A DNA stretch of 32,000 bases from Nostoc punctiforme PCC 73102 (GTDB lineage Bacteria; Cyanobacteriota; Cyanobacteriia; Cyanobacteriales; Nostocaceae), in contig NC_010628.1 in NCBI RefSeq assembly GCF_000020025.1, forward strand, positions 5,340,001-5,372,000, in the 5' to 3' direction. Position numbers and translations under genes: made by a program. Shown here piece after piece: positions 8,802 to 16,939 of this stretch (position 1 is its first letter; each line of letters opens with the position of its first letter). A model generated the notes under the pieces. The model did not search any database and had not been told where the DNA came from. It saw only the letters and a program-made list of their open reading frames with translations.

Positions 8802-9374
8802 ATGACAAAGAATACTAACTTGTCAGGAAATAGCTCACGCAATTCTTATTTCCTACCTCTAGCTTCCTTAATTTTCTCGGTTGCTATGTTATTGTTGGTA
8901 GGACGTGCTGGTGCTAATAATGCTGTTCTGCGTTCCATCTTTTCCTGTCAAGCGCAGGGTTTAGGTGGACTAATACCTACAATCAAGATTTGGTATCAAC
9001 AAGGAACAAACTTAAGTTTTATTCCATCTGGAGAAGTAATTAAAAAAGTTTGGTTAAACGATCCATCACAGGTAACTCTAGATTTTGATGGACCTGTATG
9101 TATGCAGTTTGGTCAAGAAGCTAATACTAATACAGGAGATTGTAAAAACTCCGCAGCAAATGTAATTCAACTCAGACGAATTAAAAAGCTAAACATTCCT
9201 GGACTTCCTCCTACTAACAATACACTTTTAACAGTTGTTACCGAAGCGCAAGGTAAAAATAAGTTATATACTTTTCGAGTGATATATGGAACAGATAATC
9301 CTGAATATCACACTTTAGCAATTTTTTCCGATCCTTCTGGTCAAGAAGGAGCTTGTGCGAAAGTTCCACAATAA
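8802..9374 (+). CDS. small exported protein, possibly a single VirB9/TrbG-like N-terminal-type domain
   Basis: The 190-aa ORF has an N-terminal hydrophobic signal or anchor (YFLPLASLIFSVAMLLLVGRAGA). The sequence looks beta-rich. The segment NTLLTVVTEAQGKNKLYTFRVIYG resembles the VirB9/CagX motif tNL.vvTd..r.Y.F.L. It is the last gene of the co-directional block. The family call is tentative. Confidence 0.5.
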   Translation: MTKNTNLSGNSSRNSYFLPLASLIFSVAMLLLVGRAGANNAVLRSIFSCQAQGLGGLIPTIKIWYQQGTNLSFIPSGEVIKKVWLNDPSQVTLDFDGPVCMQFGQEANTNTGDCKNSAANVIQLRRIKKLNIPGLPPTNNTLLTVVTEAQGKNKLYTFRVIYGTDNPEYHTLAIFSDPSGQEGACAKVPQ

Positions 9375-9603
9375 ACTTCAAAACTACCACTCAACAACGA
9401 CTGAAGTTTAGCTTTGACAAAAAGCGCTGATGCTACGGATATCTGCATTGTGGCTTTCTTTCTAAAATCATTGCTTTAATGGGCAACTCTAAAAGAAGAG
9501 AGGCTACAAGGGTTAGGTATATTTTTGTTAGCTTTGTATTCTATACAATTAAGAACCGCTACACACCACCATTAGGTAAAGAATCATGAATGGGCAGGGT
9601 TGT

Positions 9604-9710
9604 ATTTCAATCAATCGAAAAGCGCTATAGCAATCCGATAGCGAAGCGGTAGCGAGTCAGACGCTCCTGCGTCGCTAACGCTGCGCTATCGAGCGTCTTT
9701 GATTTCTAAA
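9604..9710. repeat. imperfect palindromic (hairpin-forming) intergenic element
   Basis: The arm GATAGCGAAGCGGTAGCGA (9637-9655) pairs with TCGCTAACGCTGCGCTATC (9672-9690) with 2 mismatches. The outer arms AATCGAAAAGCGCTATAGC and GAGCGTCTTTGATT extend the stem. Confidence 0.6.
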
Positions 9711-9880
9711 CTTATTTGTGTAGGAGGCAATAGGCAAGAAGGCTCTTTGAGTTGTACTGAATTTTTTTAGAAATCAAATATGAGTCCTATATAACTTAAC
9801 CATATTAGCTTAAGTTAAGTTGGCACAATAAAATCAAACTATGTAAATAAAAATGAACTAGGCTAAAACCCTTATAACTA

Positions 9881-9908
9881 TTGCCTTTTGCCTTTTGCCT
9901 TTTGCCTT
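9881..9908. repeat. heptamer tandem repeat (TTGCCTT) x4
   Basis: There are four exact head-to-tail TTGCCTT units. An inverted relative (GGCAATAGGCAAGAAGGC) lies near 9727. Confidence 0.9.
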
Positions 9909-10047
9909 ATCCCAACGACAATTATTTACGCCCAACTTACTTACTCAGGCATTTTAAGCCGACATCTTTATAATTCTTCAGATAAAAATCAAGCACAAAT
10001 TTAAAATCTGTGTAAATATAAAGAAAAGCTTAAGAGGTTACAGACTC

Positions 10048-10287
10048 ATGGTCACTGCGAAAATGATGCAACAGCTTTGGGCTGTAATCGAGTCTACCCA
10101 GGTCAACACCCTGCTCCATTTTGACGATGCTGCTTTAGTTCAATTACTCCTCCAGCAGTTAAAAGCCAAGCAGGTTATTGATGCTCAGGCAGATAGCAGC
10201 CTCAATACTTATATAAAATCTAAACTGCCTCTCATTCGTGATACGGCTGAAGGTCGGTTATCCTTCGGGCAAGGCGGCAATCATTAG
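10048..10287 (+). CDS. hypothetical small soluble protein
   Basis: A 79-aa ORF with an ATG start and a non-repetitive, helical-looking sequence. No recognisable motifs. Confidence 0.4.
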   Translation: MVTAKMMQQLWAVIESTQVNTLLHFDDAALVQLLLQQLKAKQVIDAQADSSLNTYIKSKLPLIRDTAEGRLSFGQGGNH

Positions 10288-10307
10288 CGCGAGAAATCGA
10301 TTGCTTA

Positions 10308-10607
10308 ATGCCAAGCATACGCTCAGAGTTGAAACAGTTGAATATTATGAATCACTGGCTAGTAATCGCCCTAGTAGCTTATCTAATTGGAGCCGCAATT
10401 GAAGGGGTGAGTACAGCCAGCCAGCTATCTCGTTCAGTACCAGAACTAGCTAAAAGTACACAACAAGCTCACCCTTCAGAGTCTGCCACTGGAACCAATT
10501 CGACTTGGCGAGTTGTGGCCGCTATCGCTTCAGTAAGTATCTGTGGAGCTTTTTTCTGGCCTTGCCGCCTCATCCATCGTTTAATGAAAGGGAACGTTAA
10601 TTCGTAA
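10308..10607 (+). CDS. hypothetical small membrane protein
   Basis: A 99-aa ORF with two hydrophobic helices (WLVIALVAYLIGAAI and VVAAIASVSICGAFFW). The true start may be the internal ATG at 10347 (MNHWLV...). Confidence 0.4.
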   Translation: MPSIRSELKQLNIMNHWLVIALVAYLIGAAIEGVSTASQLSRSVPELAKSTQQAHPSESATGTNSTWRVVAAIASVSICGAFFWPCRLIHRLMKGNVNS

Positions 10608-10660
10608 ATTTAAGCCTGGCTGAAGCTGGGGACAAAATATATCTATTTGCGGTTGGTAAA

Positions 10661-11341
10661 TTATGCAGTTTGTTCTGGTTCTGTCGCTACCTTTTGCCCA
10701 ATTTTTGGCTCGGTACCAGCAAACAGTCGTTCAATATTAGTGCGATGGCGCAAAATTACATATAATCCACCGGCAATCCCAAACAGAATATAGGGTAACG
10801 GTTGATGCAAAATTACCATGAAAATGGAAACAGCGATCGCACCTACAATTGAACTCAAAGAGACAATCCGCGATATCGCCACAACGACGGCAAACACACC
10901 GGCTGTTGCTAAACCTACCTGCCAACTCATGGCCAATAAAATCCCCAAGCTGATAGCAACAGATTTACCACCAGTAAAGCCTAAAAAAATCGATTTACTA
11001 TGTCCCAGAATTGCAGCTAACCCAGCTAAGGTTACTACCCACGGTTGCCACACTTGTGCATCTATCGTTGGGGGAATAAAATTTTGACTAGAGGCAAACT
11101 TGAATAACCAGTAAACTAGAGCGATCGCTAATACTCCCTTTAAGGAATCAAGTACTAAAACGAATGCTCCTGGCCCTTTCCCCAAAGTTCTTAGCACATT
11201 AGTTGCGCCGGTGGAACCTGAACCAACTTCCCGAATATCAATACCTTTTAACTGCTTCACAGCAATATACCCAGTGGGAAAAGAACCCAGCAGGTAGGCT
11301 ATGACCACAATTGCCCCACATCCGGTTAACCAAATAGCCAT
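10661..11341 (-). CDS. plsY: glycerol-3-phosphate acyltransferase PlsY
   Basis: The 226-aa polytopic protein carries PlsY signature motifs: GSFPTGY, GSGSTGATNVLR, LD.LKG, LGH....LGF.GGK and ILRHR.NI.RL. Confidence 0.9.
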   Translation of the reverse strand: MAIWLTGCGAIVVIAYLLGSFPTGYIAVKQLKGIDIREVGSGSTGATNVLRTLGKGPGAFVLVLDSLKGVLAIALVYWLFKFASSQNFIPPTIDAQVWQPWVVTLAGLAAILGHSKSIFLGFTGGKSVAISLGILLAMSWQVGLATAGVFAVVVAISRIVSLSSIVGAIAVSIFMVILHQPLPYILFGIAGGLYVILRHRTNIERLFAGTEPKIGQKVATEPEQTA

Positions 11342-11383
11342 AATAAAATTTAAAATTCACACATTCATAATTCAAAAAACTAT

Positions 11384-11412
11384 GTAGAAACGTTGCATTG
11401 CAACGTCTCTAC
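11384..11412 (-). terminator. GTAGA(A/G)AC...GTCTCTAC hairpin, terminator position
   Basis: GTAGAAACGTTGCA-T-TGCAACGTCTCTAC forms a 14-bp stem with one mismatch. It begins 11 nt downstream of the stop of the 11423-12703 gene on the minus strand. No clear U-tract is present. Confidence 0.5.
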
Positions 11413-11422
11413 TATGGACTAA

Positions 11423-12703
11423 TTAAAAGTCATCATCATAGTTTCTCACGGTTTTGGGGTCAGGAGCAAAGGCTAACCACAGAGGAAATTGCAGCAGTGA
11501 CAAACTGATTTGCTCTTCTGAATCGTCAATGATAATTAAGGGCAGTTGATTGGCTTTCGTCAATCGGTCTGCTTTCTGAGCGAGAGCATCAGAAGCCTCA
11601 AATAATACTACACCCCGGTCTGGGCCAAAATCTGGGCGACCGATTCCCAAACAGTCTTGTAAGCCGCGTCGCCATTCACCTAATCGCTCTGGTGTATTAG
11701 CTAAGACTAAAGTACGAATGCGATCGCCATACAGCTTGTGTAATATCGAAATTGCAGCTGAGGCAATCAGAATATTCTGTAAGCGGCTACCCATTGTCCG
11801 CAAACCACCCCGTCCCCCTTGGGTAAAAAACCAATTCGAGACTCGCTCTGCATGGATTGGTTCAAAGGTTCGGCGTAGTTGCCATGCTGGGCCGTAATAA
11901 TCTGGTTTATTGCGGTATTGGTCAATTAGGCGGCGAATTTGCTTTGTAGTATCTTGAAACTGCTGTTGGGCAAATTGCGGTATTCCAGATTGGGGTTCAA
12001 CAGGTTTAGCTTCTTTTACAGCTGGTTTTTCTCGTTCCACCACACTTGGTGTTAGTTGCAACTGTTCGGCAGCAACGGCTAAATCCTGTAAGCTACCCGT
12101 GAGATAGTCTTTAAAACCCTGCACCCGAATTGCCAAGTCTTGGGATGTACCAGCAAAAGTGGTTCGCATCTCGTTGCGGATACGTTCTTGACGGCGTTCT
12201 AGTTGTTCTACAGAAATTTGTAGGGTTTGTTTGCGTTGTTCTAACTGTACCAACGACTCTTGCACAAGTCGTCCCAGTGAGGTTTGAGTTTCACTCACTT
12301 GTCCTTGAAGGTTTTTGTAAGAAGCTTGCAGCTGAACTATTTCTTCCTTGAGGGCTGCTTCAGCCTTTTGCAACTCTGCTACTCGCTGCTCTGCTTCTGC
12401 ATATAATGAATGATTTTCTGATTCTATTTCTAACCCCAGTGCGGTATTTTCCGGTTCCGACTGCGCTACAAACTCGCCATTTGAATTTTCTGTTAGCTCT
12501 ACTGTAGTATCTACCACTTCTGCATTGGAGATGAGTGGCTCAAAAGTTGCGTAGTTTTCTGATGAGCTAACACCTCCTGTTTCTCCCACTGACTCAACAG
12601 ATGGATTGACTGGATGTTCAACTGCATTGTTTTGCTCTTCTTTTTCTGCCAACCGCTCATCAATTGGTTCTGGGGTTTGAGATGCCTCTGGGTTCATAAA
12701 CAA
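11423..12703 (-). CDS. conserved-looking coiled-coil protein of unknown function
   Basis: The 426-aa ORF has an acidic N-terminus and a long heptad-like region (AELQKAEAALKEEIVQLQASYKNLQGQV...LEQRKQTLQISVEQLERRQERIRNEMR). The C-terminal globular part is YYGPAWQLRRTFEPIHAERVSNWFFTQGGRGG. From memory it may be a cyanobacterial DUF3086-type protein; this is unverified. Confidence 0.75.
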   Translation of the reverse strand: MFMNPEASQTPEPIDERLAEKEEQNNAVEHPVNPSVESVGETGGVSSSENYATFEPLISNAEVVDTTVELTENSNGEFVAQSEPENTALGLEIESENHSLYAEAEQRVAELQKAEAALKEEIVQLQASYKNLQGQVSETQTSLGRLVQESLVQLEQRKQTLQISVEQLERRQERIRNEMRTTFAGTSQDLAIRVQGFKDYLTGSLQDLAVAAEQLQLTPSVVEREKPAVKEAKPVEPQSGIPQFAQQQFQDTTKQIRRLIDQYRNKPDYYGPAWQLRRTFEPIHAERVSNWFFTQGGRGGLRTMGSRLQNILIASAAISILHKLYGDRIRTLVLANTPERLGEWRRGLQDCLGIGRPDFGPDRGVVLFEASDALAQKADRLTKANQLPLIIIDDSEEQISLSLLQFPLWLAFAPDPKTVRNYDDDF

Positions 12704-12834
12704 TAGTGTAATTCCTATGACGCGAATAAATAGCTTTCAGAAATATTACAATTAACTTGCTATAAAAGTCCTGAGTCACAAGGGCTGAGTTATGAGTTGA
12801 GAGCAAAATGACCCAGCACTCGTGGCACTCAGCA

Positions 12835-13251
12835 CTAAATACGCGGACAACGTTGTTCTAAGCAAGTTCTCAACGTGTTGGGGTCAAATAAAATCGGCAA
12901 AAAGTGAATACTTTTAATTTCTTTAAAGTAAAACAAAATGGGAACTCCATTCCAGAAGATCCGCCAGTTTTGCCATTCCTGGTAGGGAAAACGCCGAATC
13001 AATTTTTCACTTCTGTAAATATCTAAGTCGGTGACGGTAAATTGCAACCGCAGCGTTAACGCCTGAAACATGAGAAATAAGCCAAACAGTGTGAAAACAA
13101 AGCCTATCCACGGTTGTACCAACAGTAGTGGAATAGCGGTAATCACCAATACTATAGGTATATTGTAACTAGGCTTGAGTTCCACAGTTGATGTGGAGTT
13201 AGGAGCAAATGAACTGGTCACAGTTTTAAATCCTGCTTTATTAGTAAACAT
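12835..13251 (-). CDS. hypothetical membrane protein
   Basis: The 138-aa ORF has two adjacent TM helices (IPIVLVITAIPLLLVQPWIGFVFTLFGLFLMF) followed by a soluble tail. It lies downstream of the mlaE-like gene on the same strand. Confidence 0.55.
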   Translation of the reverse strand: MFTNKAGFKTVTSSFAPNSTSTVELKPSYNIPIVLVITAIPLLLVQPWIGFVFTLFGLFLMFQALTLRLQFTVTDLDIYRSEKLIRRFPYQEWQNWRIFWNGVPILFYFKEIKSIHFLPILFDPNTLRTCLEQRCPRI

Positions 13252-13274
13252 ATCTCTTATTTTAAGAGTCAGAA

Positions 13275-13302
13275 GTAGAGACTCGATTAATCGCGTCTCT
13301 AC
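13275..13302 (-). terminator. GTAGAGAC...GTCTCTAC hairpin, terminator position
   Basis: GTAGAGACTCGATTAATCGCGTCTCTAC is a 28-nt palindrome with one mismatch. It lies about 57 nt downstream of the mlaE-like stop on the minus strand. It belongs to the same family as the hairpin at 11384-11412. Confidence 0.5.
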
Positions 13303-13358
13303 AGGAGTGATGAGTTAAAACTCCTCACTCCTAACTCCTAAATACTCACTTCTCACTT

Positions 13359-14156
13359 TTATAAGCCTTTCAAAAATGCACTGCCAAGTCCTTGAAACAT
13401 TAACCAAGAAAGAAAGAAGTTGCTAACAAATATAATTAGCAAGGCAGTCACAACAGCAGTTGTGGTTGACTGTCCTACTCCTTTAGCTCCTCCCGTTGTC
13501 GTCAATCCCCAACTGCAACCAATTACGGCGATTAAAATCCCAAAGCAAAACGCCTTAAGCATGGCGCTAATAATATCCCAGATCCCAAGAAAGTTACGGG
13601 CTGAGTCTAGAAATACCGTATCAGAAAGGTTGTAGACATTTGTCGCAATTATGAATCCTCCAAACATCCCTGTGATCAAAGACAGGAGGGTTAAAATTGG
13701 TAGCATTAAACAGCAAGCAATAACGCGGGGAATAACCAGATAATCGATTGGATCTGTTTTTAACATCAACATGGCATCGATTTGTTCTGTTACGCGCATG
13801 GTACCGATTTCGGCTGCAAAGGCAGAACCGACTCGCCCTGCCAAAACCACTGCTGTCAACACGGGAGAGAGTTCTCGTGTCAACGCTATAGAAAGCACCC
13901 CCCCTATAATGTTTCCTGCACCAAAGTTGATAAATTCCCGTGCCACTTGAATGGTAAACACCGCGCCGACGAAAATAGCCGTCAATAGGGCAATAAATAG
14001 GGAATCTGGCCCAACCGCTGCCATTTGTTCTAAGGTGTTGCGCCGATGGATTTTGCCCCTCAATAGGTGAACTAGTACTTGCCCACCCAGAAAAATCGCT
14101 GCCAGCAATCGCTGACTCCATTCTCCTAAACTGGATTTGGATGTAGTCTGGTTCAA
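13359..14156 (-). CDS. mlaE: MlaE/YrbE (TGD1-like) ABC transporter permease
   Basis: The 265-aa polytopic protein has the length and conserved stretches typical of the MlaE family (REL.PVLTAVVLAGRVGSAFAAEIGTMRVTEQIDAM and DPIDYLVIPRVIA). Confidence 0.85.
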   Translation of the reverse strand: MNQTTSKSSLGEWSQRLLAAIFLGGQVLVHLLRGKIHRRNTLEQMAAVGPDSLFIALLTAIFVGAVFTIQVAREFINFGAGNIIGGVLSIALTRELSPVLTAVVLAGRVGSAFAAEIGTMRVTEQIDAMLMLKTDPIDYLVIPRVIACCLMLPILTLLSLITGMFGGFIIATNVYNLSDTVFLDSARNFLGIWDIISAMLKAFCFGILIAVIGCSWGLTTTGGAKGVGQSTTTAVVTALLIIFVSNFFLSWLMFQGLGSAFLKGL

Positions 14157-14204
14157 TGTTCTGTAGCTAACTCGGTAACTGCCTTAAGAATAGCGGAAGT
14201 CGTT

Positions 14205-14325
14205 GGGATAGGGAATGGGGGATTGGGGATTGAAAAGAGGCAGAGGGGCAAGGAGCAGAGGGGAAAGAGGTATATTATTATTTTCCCCCTGCTCCCATGT
14301 CCCCTGTTTCTACTCCCAACGGGGC
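14205..14325. repeat. G-rich heptamer repeat (GGGATTG type) with a complementary C-rich arm
   Basis: GGGATAG GGAATGG GGGATTG GGGATTG is followed by CAGAGGGGCAAGGAGCAGAGGGG, an AT-rich loop, and then CCCCCTGCTCCCATGTCCCCTG. The element lies in the divergent region between mlaE and the 14615 gene. Confidence 0.7.
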
Positions 14326-14614
14326 TGAATATTAACTTAGATTAAAAATGCTCTCAGGAAAGAAAGCTATTATTAAAGGTGCTGCGAACCAATAAATAGG
14401 TGTTAATCTTATTTTAAACCTTTATTTTGCAAGGCTTTTAGAGATTTAAGACATTTTTTATATCCCCAGCACGTGTTGTAACTGGTAGCCATCTCTTTTA
14501 ATGAAAACTTAAGATTTTTGACAGATTGTCTGCTTAGGAGCGATCGCACGTATTGTAGAAAATGACAAACCGCTATCTAGCTATTGTCATCTCTACTCAC
14601 GGAGTTTGTCCTAA

Positions 14615-14911
14615 ATGACTATTTTCATTAACTTTCTCCGCTCCTTAGTACTTACGATCGTATTTAGTTTTGTCGCTCCCATCTTTTTCGTTGGCGGTGG
14701 ACTGCTCCTTTTATCCCTTATCGGTTCCTTTCCGGGTTTACAAGAGTTAACTGAGGCGATCGCCACTGAGATTATGCGTTTTCTTGCCACTTTTGGCAGT
14801 GGCACTCCCCTGCGTGGATTATTTGTAATTAGCTTGACCTGTAGTTTCGTCGGGTCACTGTTTGATACTTATGTTTACTATCGGTATCAAATTTTGCGAA
14901 TAGATTCTTAA
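14615..14911 (+). CDS. hypothetical small membrane protein
   Basis: A 98-aa ORF with 2-3 hydrophobic helices and an ATG start. An antisense ORF of 64 aa overlaps it but is shorter and basic. Confidence 0.5.
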   Translation: MTIFINFLRSLVLTIVFSFVAPIFFVGGGLLLLSLIGSFPGLQELTEAIATEIMRFLATFGSGTPLRGLFVISLTCSFVGSLFDTYVYYRYQILRIDS

Positions 14912-15455
14912 ATGATGTGAATAGTCTTCGTCAGGTCTTCATGGGCTGTACAAGAGAGGAAAAATTGATATTTCTCAAAATGGAAGTAGTACTGGTCTTA
15001 ACCTAAATAAGGATTAGTGTTGACTGAATGAATTTTTATTAATTAAATTGAGTACCGAAATTATTAATTAAATACTTATTATTAATTAGTTATTAGTTAT
15101 TAATTACTGATAACTGTTCCGTATGCCCGACTGTAATAAAGCAAGACTAAAACAGTCAAAAAGCTAGTAAACTAAGGGCTTTAAAACTTGGAATTATGCA
15201 AAATAGCTAAAATAGCCTGTGCTAAACCACCACATTGGACGCTAAACTAGAGTTTGGCATTTTGTGTTGGCTACAATCTTTAAGGAATTTATTAGCATTC
15301 ATCGAGAATATCAAATAAAACTCACTGCAAAATATAAAAACTTCCTTAAAATCTGATAAACATAATGCCTGCTCATGTTTCTTAACAGAGCAAAGAAGGT
15401 CGTCTGACCTCTGGGGATCTTATATTGAGTTTATTACGAGGAATGTTTACAGCTC

Positions 15456-16277
15456 ATGGTTTGGCCGTTTAAGCCCAAGTTTAGAAAACAAATTGCGCGG
15501 ATTGAAATTACTGGTGCGATCGCCGGTGCGACTCGCAAACGCGTCCTAGAAGCATTGAAAACTGTAGAAGAAAAAAAATTTCCGGCATTATTGCTACGTA
15601 TCGATAGCCCTGGCGGTACAGTCGGAGATTCTCAAGAAATTTACAGCGCCCTGAAGCGTTTGCGCGAAAAAATTAAAATCGTCGCTAGCTTTGGCAATAT
15701 TTCGGCTTCTGGAGGAGTCTACATTGGCATGGGAGCAGAACACATCGTATCTAACCCAGGTACAATTACGGGCAGTATTGGTGTGATTTTGCGTGGAAAT
15801 AACTTGGAACGCTTGCTAGAAAAAATCGGTGTTTCCTTCCAGGTAATTAAGTCTGGCCCTTACAAAGACATATTGTCTTTCGATCGGCAGCTGACTCAAC
15901 CAGAAGAAAACATCTTGCAAGAGTTGATTGACACAAGTTATCAGCAGTTTGTCCAAACGGTAGCTGATGGTCGTTCTTTAACAGTAGAAGCTGTAAAAAG
16001 TTTCGCCGATGGTCGGATTTTTACTGGACAGCAAGCTCTAGAGTTGGGTGTTGTAGATCGTCTGGGCACAGAAGAAGATGCCCGTCGCTGGACAGCAGAA
16101 TTAGTCGGACTCGATCCGGAAAAAACTCTCTGCTATACCCTAGAAGAACGTAAACCCTTATTGAGCCGCCTTTTACCAGGAAGTCGTCAGGTTTCATCTG
16201 GAATTCGATCTGGAATTGATTGGCTTGAATTTGAAATGTCTACTAGTGGTTTACCGTTGTGGTTATATCGTCCCTAG
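15456..16277 (+). CDS. sppA: signal peptide peptidase SppA (36K type)
   Basis: The 273-aa ORF carries the ClpP/crotonase-fold S49 motifs: LLLRIDSPGGTV, SASGGVYI, GSIGV and a catalytic-region Lys context (PYKD). Confidence 0.9.
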   Translation: MVWPFKPKFRKQIARIEITGAIAGATRKRVLEALKTVEEKKFPALLLRIDSPGGTVGDSQEIYSALKRLREKIKIVASFGNISASGGVYIGMGAEHIVSNPGTITGSIGVILRGNNLERLLEKIGVSFQVIKSGPYKDILSFDRQLTQPEENILQELIDTSYQQFVQTVADGRSLTVEAVKSFADGRIFTGQQALELGVVDRLGTEEDARRWTAELVGLDPEKTLCYTLEERKPLLSRLLPGSRQVSSGIRSGIDWLEFEMSTSGLPLWLYRP

Positions 16278-16280
16278 CTT

Positions 16281-16356
16281 GAGTTAGGAGTTAGGAGTGA
16301 GAAGTTGAGAGTTTGAACTCCTAACTTCTAACTCCTAACTTCTAACTCCTAACTTT
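16281..16356. repeat. inverted heptamer repeat block (CTCCTAA/CTTCTAA)
   Basis: GAGTTAGGAGTTAGGAGTGAGAAGTTGAGAG is followed by AACTCCTAACTTCTAACTCCTAACTTCTAACTCCTAAC, which can form a hairpin directly after the sppA stop. A related ACTCCTAACTCCTAA occurs at about 13325-13345. Confidence 0.8.
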
Positions 16357-16391
16357 TATGTTTTTAGGAGGATTTTGGCGTGGAGTGGCAA

Positions 16392-16793
16392 ATGCGGGCT
16401 ATTCGTGGAGCAACAACTGCTTCAGAAAATACTGTTGAGGCAATCCGAGAGGTAGTGACAGAACTACTAGATGAATTGGAAAATCGGAATCAATTTCAGC
16501 CGACAGACATGATTAGTGTGACTTTCTCAGTGACACGCGATTTGGATGCGATTTTTCCAGCTGCGATCGCTAGAGCGCGTCCGGGTTGGGATAATGTGGC
16601 TATGTTGGATGTGCAGCAAATGCACGTCGAAGGTAGCTTACAGCGCTGCATTCGGTTCTTAATCCATGCTTATCTCCCAACCTCCGCCTCAATTCATCAT
16701 ATCTATTTACGCAACGCCGCCAGCTTGCGTCCCGACTGGAGTTTGCCTCAGCCTCTACAGGCATCACAGCCAGTACTTAAGTCAAAAGTATAA
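16392..16793 (+). CDS. aroH: chorismate mutase, AroH class
   Basis: MRAIRGATTASENT... matches the AroH N-terminal signature (RGIRGAT). The length (about 133 aa) and the C-terminal LRPD motif also fit. ATG 16392 is preferred over the GTG at 16380 used by the ORF track. Confidence 0.85.
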   Translation: MRAIRGATTASENTVEAIREVVTELLDELENRNQFQPTDMISVTFSVTRDLDAIFPAAIARARPGWDNVAMLDVQQMHVEGSLQRCIRFLIHAYLPTSASIHHIYLRNAASLRPDWSLPQPLQASQPVLKSKV

Positions 16794-16939
16794 TTTTTAT
16801 TTTTAAATAAAATATATGTAGAATAGCTACTACGTGCTAACGTGGCTACTCAACCTACTGTGATTGTTGGGAAAATATTACCAGCTTGGTAGGCGATCGC
16901 ACTCAAAATTAAGATGGTGAGTTGTGAGGATAGTTGGTA

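Noticed and set aside
10737-14121. Alternative-frame or antisense ORFs inside plsY, the coiled-coil gene and mlaE (10737-10925, 10818-11087, 12130-12351, 13420-13635, 13621-14121 and 13782-13988).
   Set aside because: They overlap genes with strong family signatures. Their translations are Cys/Arg/His-rich or of low plausibility, typical of off-frame reading.
14915-15455. An AT-rich low-complexity stretch with repeated TTATTAATTAAAT-like strings (about 15036-15115), upstream of sppA.
   Set aside because: It could be curved promoter DNA or a regulatory region. I could not identify a defensible -35/-10 pair, binding-site consensus or RNA structure, so no feature is called.
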